Shown piece by piece: positions 31,551 through 39,284 of a stretch of DNA of 39,284 nucleotides (position 1 is its first letter; each line of letters opens with the position of its first letter). The stretch comes from an uncultured Candidatus Saccharibacteria bacterium. GTDB taxonomy: Bacteria > Patescibacteriota > Minisyncoccia > Minisyncoccales > CAZPAG01. The stretch lies in assembly GCA_964584545.1 (NCBI GenBank), contig CAZPAG010000007.1:6127-45410 (forward strand), given 5' to 3'. A program made the translations under genes and the position numbers. The notes under the pieces are model-generated. The model was not told the origin of the DNA, ran no database searches, and saw only the letters and a program-made list of their open reading frames with translations.

Positions 31551-32410
31551 CTATCAAAGATTACTTCAAAAAGGCGCAAAAAGAGAAATGGGCCATAGGC
31601 CAGTTCAATATCTCAAACCTTGAAACATTGAGGGCAGTAGTTAAAGCCGCCCAGAACCTTAAAAGCCCGGTTATTATCGGCACTTCCGAAGGAGAGAGCA
31701 AGTTTATAGGCCCAAGGGAGGCGGTAGCTTTAGTTGCCTCTTTCAGGAAGGAATATGGGCTTCCTATCTTTTTGAATCTTGACCACGGAAAGGATTTCGA
31801 TTATATTAAAGAGGTTATAGATTTAGGGTATGATGCTGTCCATTTTGACGGTTCTAAACTGGGTTTGGAAGAGAATATAAAAATAACCAGGAAAGTTGTA
31901 GAATACGGTTATAAAAAGAAAGTTTTTGTTGAAGGAGAAGTGGGTTCCATCGCCGGAACTTCCGAAATATTAAAGGAGATTCCCGAGATAAGAGAAGAAG
32001 ATCTAACCAGTCCGGAGCAAGCCCTTAAATTTGTAAAAGAAGCCAAAACGGATAGTCTGGCAATAAATGTAGGGACGCTTCACGGAATGGGAGTTTTGAA
32101 AAAAGACCCTAATATTAATCTTGGCAGGTTAAAGGAGATAAAAGATAAGGTGGGAGAAAAGGTGTTTCTGGTTTTACACGGAGGATCGGGGACGCAGGAG
32201 GAAGATATCAGGAAGGCGATAGAATTGGGGATTGTCAAAATAAATATCAATACCGAGTTGAGGGCGGCTTTCACAGATGCTTTAGAAAAAAGCCTGAAAG
32301 AGAATCCGGAGGAAATCACTCCTTATAAATATTTTCCCGAAGTGATAGATGCGGTTCAAAAAATAGTCGAGGGTAAGATAAAGCTATTTGGCTCAGATAA
32401 TAAAATTTAA
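31538..32410 (+). CDS. fba: Class II fructose-bisphosphate aldolase
   Basis: AIGQFN, LNLDHG, LVLHGGSG, and KININTEL. The start could also be the ATG at 31547. Confidence 0.88.
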   Translation: MFYMTIKDYFKKAQKEKWAIGQFNISNLETLRAVVKAAQNLKSPVIIGTSEGESKFIGPREAVALVASFRKEYGLPIFLNLDHGKDFDYIKEVIDLGYDAVHFDGSKLGLEENIKITRKVVEYGYKKKVFVEGEVGSIAGTSEILKEIPEIREEDLTSPEQALKFVKEAKTDSLAINVGTLHGMGVLKKDPNINLGRLKEIKDKVGEKVFLVLHGGSGTQEEDIRKAIELGIVKININTELRAAFTDALEKSLKENPEEITPYKYFPEVIDAVQKIVEGKIKLFGSDNKI

Positions 32411-32413
32411 ACT

Positions 32414-33079
32414 ATGTTAACTCTTAAAGTAAAAATTAGGAAGGATACCGGCAAGAAAGTGAAAAATTTAAGAGAAAAGGGCGTAATCCCTGGAGTTTTG
32501 TATGGCCCGAAAACAAAAAACGCTAGCGTGGAGATTGATCCCAAAGACTTTGAGAAAATCTATAGAGAGGCGGGGGAGAGCTCTTTGATCAGCCTGGAAA
32601 TAGAAGGGAAGAAGCTCCCGGTCCTTATCCATGATATCCAAAGAGACCCTGTGACCGATAGATTCACCCATGTTGATTTTTTCCAGCCGGCTTTAGATGT
32701 GGAGATCGTCGCCAAGGTTCCATTGGTTTTTGAAGGTTCGCCGCCGGCAGTGAAGGAACTGGGAGGAACTTTTATTAAAAATCTTTCCGAATTGGAAATT
32801 AAAGCTTTGCCTCAGAACCTTCCTCACGAGATAAAGGTGGACATTTCCGGCCTTAATACTTTTGAAGATAATATCCTGGTTAAAGATTTAAAACTGCCAG
32901 AAGGAGTAAAGGTTATGAAAGAGAAAGATTTGATTTTAGCTTTTGTTGCTCCTTTGGAGAAAGTCGAGGAAGAATTAGTGAAACCGGTTGAAGAAAAAGT
33001 AGAAGATATTGAGAAAGTGGAAAAACCAAAGAAAGAGGAAGTCCCTTCTGACACCGGTGCGGAAAAAGAAAAATCATGA
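32414..33079 (+). CDS. rplY: 50S ribosomal protein L25 / Ctc form
   Basis: LREKGVIPGVLYG...VLIHDIQRDPVTDRFTHVDF, with an acidic C-terminal extension. Confidence 0.88.
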   Translation: MLTLKVKIRKDTGKKVKNLREKGVIPGVLYGPKTKNASVEIDPKDFEKIYREAGESSLISLEIEGKKLPVLIHDIQRDPVTDRFTHVDFFQPALDVEIVAKVPLVFEGSPPAVKELGGTFIKNLSELEIKALPQNLPHEIKVDISGLNTFEDNILVKDLKLPEGVKVMKEKDLILAFVAPLEKVEEELVKPVEEKVEDIEKVEKPKKEEVPSDTGAEKEKS

Positions 33080-34476
33080 AGAAATTCCTAACTTTTCTGT
33101 TTCTGTCGTTACTTTTATCTTTAGGACTCGTTTTTTTGGAGGGGAGGACGGGTTTTTTCGTATATGCCGAGACTTCCTCGGATTGCGGCACTAAAGAAGA
33201 ATGTGAAGCGTTGCTGAAAGAGTATGAAGAACAAATTTCTCAAATTCAGGGCACTATCACAGAAACCCAGGAAGAAAAAAAGACTCTTCAAAATCAGGTA
33301 GATATTTTAAAAAGTAAAATTAACAAGCTGAATCTTCAAATCAAGCAGAGCAGCGTGATGATAAAAGACGTCGGCCTGCAGATAAATGACACCGAGGAAT
33401 CAATCGGAAAGACGTCGGTGAAAGTTGAGGGTTGCAAAGCTCAATTGGCGGATATCTTAAGGAGTATTTATGAAGAAAATCAGAAATCTTTAGTTGAGGT
33501 TCTGTTTTCCGAAGACACTCTTTCTGATTTTTTCGATAATCTGGTCAATTTGGAGATTTTAAATTCCAAGAATCAGGAGTTATTGAAAGAAATTAAAAAT
33601 TTGAAGGTTTCCCTGGAAGATCAAAGAGGTTCTCTGGATGACGAGAAGTCGGATTTAGAGAGGATTTTGACCATGCAAAAGCTCCAAGCGCAGGATAGCG
33701 CTTCCACCAAGAAAGAAAAAGATGTGCTTTTGGAGGAAACCAAGGGAAAGGAGTCGGAGTATCAGAAATTGCTGGCTGAAACTAAAAAAAGAGCAGAGGA
33801 AATACGCTCTAGAATTTTTGAAATCGCCGGAGTGTCTAAAGTGCCGACTTTCGGAGAGGCTTTGGATATAGCCAAGTCTATCTCAGGGCTTACGGGTATA
33901 AGGCCTGCTTTTCTGCTTGCTGTTTTAACCCAGGAGTCAAATATCGGAAAGAATGTTGGTCAGTGTTACTTGAAAGACACCAAAACAGGATCCGGTATAA
34001 ATATTAAAACAGGGGCAACGATAAAGAACGTAATGAAGCCTATGGGACTTTCCGGCAGAAGAGGGGATGTGGACGATTTCTTGGCTATAACAAAAGATCT
34101 GGGTAGGGATCCTTTCGCAACGCCGGTTTCCTGTCCTATCGCAAGCGTAGGAGGATACGGCGGGGCAATGGGGCCAGCCCAGTTCATCCCAACCACCTGG
34201 TCGGTTTATGCAGACGAGGTCGAGGATATAACCGGTAAGCCGGCTGATCCGTGGGACATTAAAGATTCTTTTTTGGCAGCAGCGCTTTATCTGAAGAAAT
34301 ACGGAGCGAGCTCTCAGAAGTCTGCCGATGAGTGGAGAGCGGCTTTAATATATTTTTCCGGTTCAACAAATTCTAAATACAGCTTTTATGGAGATTCTGT
34401 TTTAAGCATAGCCAAAAGATACGAGCAGGATATAAAAGACATAGAGGAAGCTTCTTTATCCAGTAAAAGCAATTAA
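33076..34476 (+). CDS. Secreted coiled-coil protein with C-terminal lytic-transglycosylase-like domain
   Basis: Signal peptide, a long heptad-like region, then AFLLAVLTQESNIG (catalytic-Glu ES motif) and AMGPAQFIP. Confidence 0.65.
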   Translation: MKKFLTFLFLSLLLSLGLVFLEGRTGFFVYAETSSDCGTKEECEALLKEYEEQISQIQGTITETQEEKKTLQNQVDILKSKINKLNLQIKQSSVMIKDVGLQINDTEESIGKTSVKVEGCKAQLADILRSIYEENQKSLVEVLFSEDTLSDFFDNLVNLEILNSKNQELLKEIKNLKVSLEDQRGSLDDEKSDLERILTMQKLQAQDSASTKKEKDVLLEETKGKESEYQKLLAETKKRAEEIRSRIFEIAGVSKVPTFGEALDIAKSISGLTGIRPAFLLAVLTQESNIGKNVGQCYLKDTKTGSGINIKTGATIKNVMKPMGLSGRRGDVDDFLAITKDLGRDPFATPVSCPIASVGGYGGAMGPAQFIPTTWSVYADEVEDITGKPADPWDIKDSFLAAALYLKKYGASSQKSADEWRAALIYFSGSTNSKYSFYGDSVLSIAKRYEQDIKDIEEASLSSKSN

Positions 34477-35519
34477 TCAAGGTTCGAGTTCTGGATGTCA
34501 GATGCTATTTCTTCCAGATTGCCGTCCAGTATTTTTTCCAGATTGTGCCAGCTTTTTTTGACGCGATGGTCAGTTATTCTGTCCTGCGGGAAATTATAGG
34601 TCCTTATTTTTTCAGCCCTTTTTGCTCCGCCAATCTGGGTTTTTCTTTTGCCTGACATTTTTGTTTCTTCTTCTTTCAGTTTTTTCTCCAAAATACGCAC
34701 CTCTAAGATTGATAGGGCGTTTTCTTTATTCTGGAGCATATTTCTTTCGCTTTGAGAGGCTACAACCATTCCTGTGGGTAGGTATGTTATTCTTACGGCA
34801 GTCATTCTTTTGTTAACGTATTGGCCTCCGGGGCCCGAAGAATGATAAGTATCAACTTTTAAATCTTCAGGCCTTATCTTGATTTCCGCTTTCTTGGGTT
34901 TTGGCAAAACGGCTACTGAAGCCGTGGATGTATGGATTCTGCCGTTTTTTTCGGTGGCAGGGATTCTTTGGACCCTGTGGACGCCCCCTTCATGTTTCAT
35001 TTTTGAGAAAACATCACTGCCCTTTAATTCAAAAATTATTTCTTTGAGACCGGAAAGTTCAGACGGCCTGGAGTCGAGAACTTTTTGCTTCCATCCTTTG
35101 ATTTGAGCGTATTTACTGTACATTTTAAACAGATCTCCGGCAAACAGGGCCGCTTCCTGGCCTCCTGTTCCCGCCCTTATCTCGATAATGGCGGCTTGCG
35201 GGATAGAAGGCGTTTCTATTACCTTTGACAGGTTTTCAATATCTTTCTCAAGGGACTTTTCTTTTTCCTGAAATTGGACTATTTCTGTTTCTGCCAAAGA
35301 CGCCAGATCAGGGCTTTCGTTGGCAGAGATTATCACCTTATTTTCCTCTATCCTGTTTCTTATCGTTTCAAGCTCTTTTATCTTTTCCATTGTCTTTTCC
35401 AGAGAACTTTTCCTTTTTGACAGCTCTTCAAACTTTTCGAAATCTGAAATCAACTCAGGGTCACTGAGTTGATTTAAAATGTCTTCGTATTCTTTTTTGA
35501 TTGATTCTGTATCAATCAT
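34473..35519 (-). CDS. prfA: Peptide chain release factor 1
   Basis: PAT tripeptide context ([14 protein letters not shown]) and GGQ motif ([11 protein letters not shown]). Confidence 0.92.
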   Translation of the reverse strand: MIDTESIKKEYEDILNQLSDPELISDFEKFEELSKRKSSLEKTMEKIKELETIRNRIEENKVIISANESPDLASLAETEIVQFQEKEKSLEKDIENLSKVIETPSIPQAAIIEIRAGTGGQEAALFAGDLFKMYSKYAQIKGWKQKVLDSRPSELSGLKEIIFELKGSDVFSKMKHEGGVHRVQRIPATEKNGRIHTSTASVAVLPKPKKAEIKIRPEDLKVDTYHSSGPGGQYVNKRMTAVRITYLPTGMVVASQSERNMLQNKENALSILEVRILEKKLKEEETKMSGKRKTQIGGAKRAEKIRTYNFPQDRITDHRVKKSWHNLEKILDGNLEEIASDIQNSNLD

Positions 35520-35743
35520 CTTTTCTTCTTTGGGTCTTGCTTTTTGGCCAACCTCTTTCTGAATTTCTGGACTTGACCCATGGTATCAACCATTTTTTCC
35601 TTTCCGGAATAAAAAGGATGGCATTTTGAACAGACTTCAACCTCGATCAGTTCTTTGGTTGAGCCAATGGTAAAAGTATTCCCGCAGGCGCACTGGACTC
35701 GGGCGTTTTCGTAATATTTGGGATGTATTTCTTTTTTTGCCAT
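35516..35743 (-). CDS. rpmE: 50S ribosomal protein L31
   Basis: [11 protein letters not shown]...CACGNTF...[10 protein letters not shown]. The ATG at 35743 is preferred over the GTG at 35755, which would sit at the predicted transcription start. Confidence 0.9.
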   Translation of the reverse strand: MAKKEIHPKYYENARVQCACGNTFTIGSTKELIEVEVCSKCHPFYSGKEKMVDTMGQVQKFRKRLAKKQDPKKKR

Positions 35744-35760
35744 AAGTTTAAGCACTTTTC

Positions 35761-35789
35761 ATCTTATCCAAGGAAAGTTAAAAAGTCAA
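35761..35789 (-). promoter_or_regulatory. Sigma-70-type promoter for rpmE-prfA (TTGACT, 17-nt spacer, TAAGAT)
   Basis: On the minus strand: TTGACT (35789-35784), a 17-nt spacer, TAAGAT (35766-35761). Confidence 0.55.
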
Positions 35790-35815
35790 CCTCCCTTGTC
35801 TTGATTCTAAAGTTA

Positions 35816-35824
35816 TGCTATATA
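35816..35824 (+). promoter_or_regulatory. Extended -10 element TGCTATATA immediately upstream of rpsB (predicts a leaderless or near-leaderless mRNA)
   Basis: The -10 hexamer ends at 35824 and the rpsB ATG is at 35832. There is no Shine-Dalgarno sequence. Confidence 0.4.
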
Positions 35825-35831
35825 TAGAGAT

Positions 35832-36554
35832 ATGTCAGAAACAGAGAAAAAAACAAAATCCACTGTTCGTGCACAGGAAAAAGATTTTAATTTAAACCTT
35901 GAAGAGATGGCAAAGGCGGGTTTGCATTTTGGCCACAGAACTTCAAATATAAATCCCAAAATAAAGCCATATATTTTCGGTACGAGGAACACTATCCACA
36001 TTTTTGACTTGGAAAAGACCGCAGAGAAGATGAAGGAAGCCCTGAAATTTATTAAGGAACTGGCTTCTGAGAACAAAGTTCTTCTGGTTGTCGGAACAAA
36101 AATCCAGGTTAAAAAGATGACAGAGGAGTTAGCCAAAGCCTGTGATTTGCCCTATGTCAGCGAAAGGTGGTTGGGAGGTACTTTTACTAATTTCGACACT
36201 ATTTTAAAGAGAATAGAGTATTTTAAGAGCTTGGAAAAGAAAAAGAAAGAAGGGGAGCTGGAAAAGTATACTAAAAAAGAGAGGGCTAAAATAGACAAGG
36301 TTTTGAAGGATTTAGAGACAAAAATAGGAGGGATAAGGAATCTGACTAAGCTCCCTGACGCCATATTTGTCTTAGACATGAAAAAGGACCTTTTGGCGGT
36401 AAAGGAAGCCAGGATGAAAGGAGTTAAAATCATCGGAATAGCTGATACGAATGTAGACCCCGAACTGGCTGATTATCCGATTCCGGCCAATGACGATGCG
36501 ATTTCTTCTGTAAAATATATTTTAGACAAAGTGGAAGAAGTCATATCAAAGTAA
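35832..36554 (+). CDS. rpsB: 30S ribosomal protein S2
   Basis: AGLHFGHRTSNINPKIKPYIFG...IHIFDLEKT...ERWLGGTFTN...VLDMKKDLLAVKEA. Confidence 0.93.
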   Translation: MSETEKKTKSTVRAQEKDFNLNLEEMAKAGLHFGHRTSNINPKIKPYIFGTRNTIHIFDLEKTAEKMKEALKFIKELASENKVLLVVGTKIQVKKMTEELAKACDLPYVSERWLGGTFTNFDTILKRIEYFKSLEKKKKEGELEKYTKKERAKIDKVLKDLETKIGGIRNLTKLPDAIFVLDMKKDLLAVKEARMKGVKIIGIADTNVDPELADYPIPANDDAISSVKYILDKVEEVISK

Positions 36555-36604
36555 TATAAGAACCTCGCTTCGCGAGAATCTTGTTTTCTCGCTATCGCTC
36601 AAAA

Positions 36605-37048
36605 ATGGTTTCAATTGACCAAATTAAAAAATTAAGGGAAGAAACAGAGGTTTCAGTAGGGGAATGCAGGAAAGCTTTGCTTGAAGCAAAGGGCGATTTT
36701 GGAAAAGCTAAAGAAATCTTGAGGAAAATGGGCAAGGAATTGGCAGAAAAAAAGGGCAACCGCGAGACAAAACAAGGTATAGTAGACAGCTACATCCATC
36801 CCAATAAAAAGATCGGAGTCCTCCTCGAACTGAACTGCGAAACTGATTTTGTAGCTCAATCTCCCGATTTTAAGAATTTAGCTCATGAAATTTGTCTTCA
36901 AATAGCCGGGTATCCGGACGAAACTCCTCTTTTGGAGCAGCCCTGGATAAAAGATCCCTCAAAAACCGTAAGAAATTTGGTTGAAGAATGCGTTGCTAAA
37001 TTAAGGGAAAACATCGTGGTAAAGAGAAGCGTAAAATATGAGCTTTAA
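36605..37048 (+). CDS. tsf: Elongation factor Ts (short form)
   Basis: IKKLREETEVSVGECRKALLEAKGDFGKAKEILRKMG (UBA-like N-domain), then GVLLELNCETDFVA. Only 147 aa when started from the ATG at 36605. Confidence 0.85.
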   Translation: MVSIDQIKKLREETEVSVGECRKALLEAKGDFGKAKEILRKMGKELAEKKGNRETKQGIVDSYIHPNKKIGVLLELNCETDFVAQSPDFKNLAHEICLQIAGYPDETPLLEQPWIKDPSKTVRNLVEECVAKLRENIVVKRSVKYEL

Positions 37049-37403
37049 TTTAGTAGTAGTAATCGTCTCTCTAATAAGCCTTGCCGGTGTATTGGTTATT
37101 GTTTTACGCAAAATGCCTGTTTTGCTTTCTTTACCTAAGGTTTCTCCTTTGAAAGGCGAGAATAAATTCCTGGCAAACCTCAAAGAGAAAGCTAAAGCTT
37201 TTAACCCTCTTAAGAATTTTTCTTACGAATTATTTCTACAGAAATTAATCTCAAGGGTAAGGATTTTAATTTTAAAAACAGAGAATAAAACCTTTAAATG
37301 GCTTCAGCATTTAAAGAAAAAACAGCAGGAGAAAAAGCTTGGAGAAGATAACTATTGGGAAGAGGTGAAAAAGCCTGCTGATGATAAAAACCTGCCGAGA
37401 TAG
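37038..37403 (+). CDS. Small membrane-anchored hypothetical protein
   Basis: 121 aa with an N-terminal TM helix. The 3' end overlaps tRNA-Thr by 10 nt. Confidence 0.45.
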   Translation: MSFNLVVVIVSLISLAGVLVIVLRKMPVLLSLPKVSPLKGENKFLANLKEKAKAFNPLKNFSYELFLQKLISRVRILILKTENKTFKWLQHLKKKQQEKKLGEDNYWEEVKKPADDKNLPR

Positions 37404-37465
37404 CTCAGCGGCAGAGCAACTGTTTTGTAAACAGTAGGTCGTGGGTTCGAATCCCTCTCTCGGCT
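37394..37465 (+). tRNA. tRNA-Thr (anticodon UGU)
   Basis: Acceptor gccgaga/tctcggc. D arm tagctcagcggcagagc. Anticodon stem actgt/acagt with loop ttTGTaa. T loop ttcgaat, with one U-U mismatch in the T stem. Confidence 0.85.
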
Positions 37466-37484
37466 CTCTTATTTTTAAAATCTT

Positions 37485-37910
37485 ATGAAGATTACAATTC
37501 TCGGAAGCGTAAAATTTGCTAAGAATTTAGTTGAAGTTTACAGAGAATTAGAAAAAATGGGCCATCAACCGATGATGCACGAAAAAATGTTTGGGATAGC
37601 AGACGGTACTGCCACGGCTATTATTGACGGCATAGAAAAAGACCACGCTAAATTGAAACGTCAAGAAGGATTTATTAAGTGGTGGCACAATTGTATTAAA
37701 AGCGGGGATGCAGTTTTAGTCTGTAATTTTGATAAAAAGGGCATAAAGAACTATATAGGCGGTAATGTCTTAATGGAGATAGGCTTCGCCCACGTTAATG
37801 ATAAAAAAGTATTTTTATTGAATCCTATGCCGGAAGAAGTCTCTTATACCGACGAATTAAAGGTCATGGTTGACGTAGTTTTAGACGGCGATTTAACAAA
37901 AATAAGCTAA
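37485..37910 (+). CDS. Nucleoside 2-deoxyribosyltransferase-like fold protein (hypothetical)
   Basis: 141 aa. MKITILGS...GGNVLMEIGFA...KKVFLL is reminiscent of the NDT-like Rossmann fold. Weak assignment. Confidence 0.35.
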   Translation: MKITILGSVKFAKNLVEVYRELEKMGHQPMMHEKMFGIADGTATAIIDGIEKDHAKLKRQEGFIKWWHNCIKSGDAVLVCNFDKKGIKNYIGGNVLMEIGFAHVNDKKVFLLNPMPEEVSYTDELKVMVDVVLDGDLTKIS

Positions 37911-37917
37911 TTTATAT

Positions 37918-38127
37918 ATGTCAAAAATTATTTTAGGTACAACTTCTCCTTACCGCAGAGAAGCTTTTTCGTTTTTGGGTATTGATTTTGAGGCAGAAGG
38001 AAGCAATGTTGATGAATCCCAGATAGACAGAAATAATCCTGAAGAATTGGTAAGTCAGCTTTCAAAATTAAAAGCCGAAGCTGTTGCTAAAAACCATCCT
38101 GCGAGGTTTCTGTTGAGGTTATGTTGA
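37918..38127 (+). pseudogene. maf: Maf-like nucleotide pyrophosphatase, 5' fragment only
   Basis: MSKIILGTTSPYRREAFSFLGIDFEAEGSNVDESQI...LSKLKAEAV matches a Maf N-terminus. Similarity stops near 38101, and the frame then reads through palindromic elements to a stop. Confidence 0.7.
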
Positions 38128-38141
38128 GGCCAGGCCTCAAC
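38123..38141. repeat. Palindromic element GTTGAGGCCAGGCCTCAAC
   Basis: Identical to 19960-19978. Preceded by the half-site gttgagg at 38112-38118. Confidence 0.9.
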
Positions 38142-38168
38142 AAGCTGCTTATGGACTGGCGCTGGGGC

Positions 38169-38196
38169 TTGACAAGGGTTTATAAAAAAGTAGAAT
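38169..38196 (+). promoter_or_regulatory. Sigma-70-type promoter (TTGACA, 16-nt spacer, TAGAAT)
   Basis: TTGACA at 38169-38174 and TAGAAT at 38191-38196. Confidence 0.6.
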
Positions 38197-38212
38197 GGAC
38201 TTTGTAGAGACT

Positions 38213-38263
38213 ATGGCAAAAAAGAAAGCAAAAAAGAAAAAATGCGGAGGTGGATGTGAGTGA
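38213..38263 (+). CDS. 16-codon micro-ORF MAKKKAKKKKCGGGCE (speculative)
   Basis: The ATG lies 17 nt after the -10 element and a hairpin plus T-run lies 28 nt after the stop. No Shine-Dalgarno sequence, as for other genes in this genome. Confidence 0.25.
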   Translation: MAKKKAKKKKCGGGCE

Positions 38264-38290
38264 ATAGGAGAGATAAAGGAATTTTTGCAA

Positions 38291-38316
38291 AATCAGGAAG
38301 TCTCCCTGATTTTTTG
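38291..38316 (+). terminator. Hairpin + T-run (terminator or attenuator upstream of 16S)
   Basis: aatcagg-aagtctc-cctgatt followed by ttttt. Confidence 0.5.
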
Positions 38317-38474
38317 TCTGTTTTAAAGGGCAAGAACATTGAAAAATTAATAGGTTAATTAGAGCCCTTCGGCAAACTTACATTTAATGTATGTTCTGTC
38401 GAAGTTATTAGTATTTTAGAGTTGCTCCGATTTTGCGAATTTTAAATTCGTAATATCGAAGTTAAATTCGATAT

Positions 38475-39284
<810 letters not shown>

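Overview
The window looks like a fragment of a small, low-GC genome of the Candidate Phyla Radiation / Patescibacteria type. This placement is an inference from four things: compact genes, almost no Shine-Dalgarno sequences on core genes, a divergent FtsZ, and a 16S rRNA 5' region with large helix expansions and an altered 530 loop.

Core content:
- Cell division: ftsX, ftsZ.
- Lower glycolysis and C2/C3 metabolism: eno, gpmA, gap, a PfkB kinase, fba, ppsA, acs.
- Redox proteins: rubrerythrin, trxB, a DsbA-like protein, a glutaredoxin-like protein.
- Translation genes: rplY, prfA, rpmE, rpsB, tsf.
- RNA genes: tRNA-Gln, tRNA-Thr, and the first ~810 nt of a 16S rRNA.

Accessory content:
1. A ~5.9 kb mosaic island lies next to tRNA-Gln (1143-7076), bracketed by two copies of a 19-nt palindrome. 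It carries a HEPN-like plus ClpP-fold protease pair flanked by direct repeats. It also holds a NUDIX gene with no canonical start, a decayed restriction-modification locus and an AT-rich candidate modification-dependent nuclease.
2. An AbiEi/AbiEii toxin-antitoxin pair (18017-19889).
3. A five-gene TasA/camelysin-type fibre locus (20395-25622). It has its own SipW-type signal peptidase, a 711-aa subunit with lamin-tail and LamG domains, and a membrane-anchored subunit. This is my best candidate for an undescribed surface-appendage system in this lineage.

A family of GTTGAGG-N5-CCTCAAC palindromes marks every accessory junction, including the point where a maf gene is truncated upstream of the rRNA operon. 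No recombinase, transposase or CRISPR array is visible. All functional calls rest on motif recognition by eye, not on database searches.
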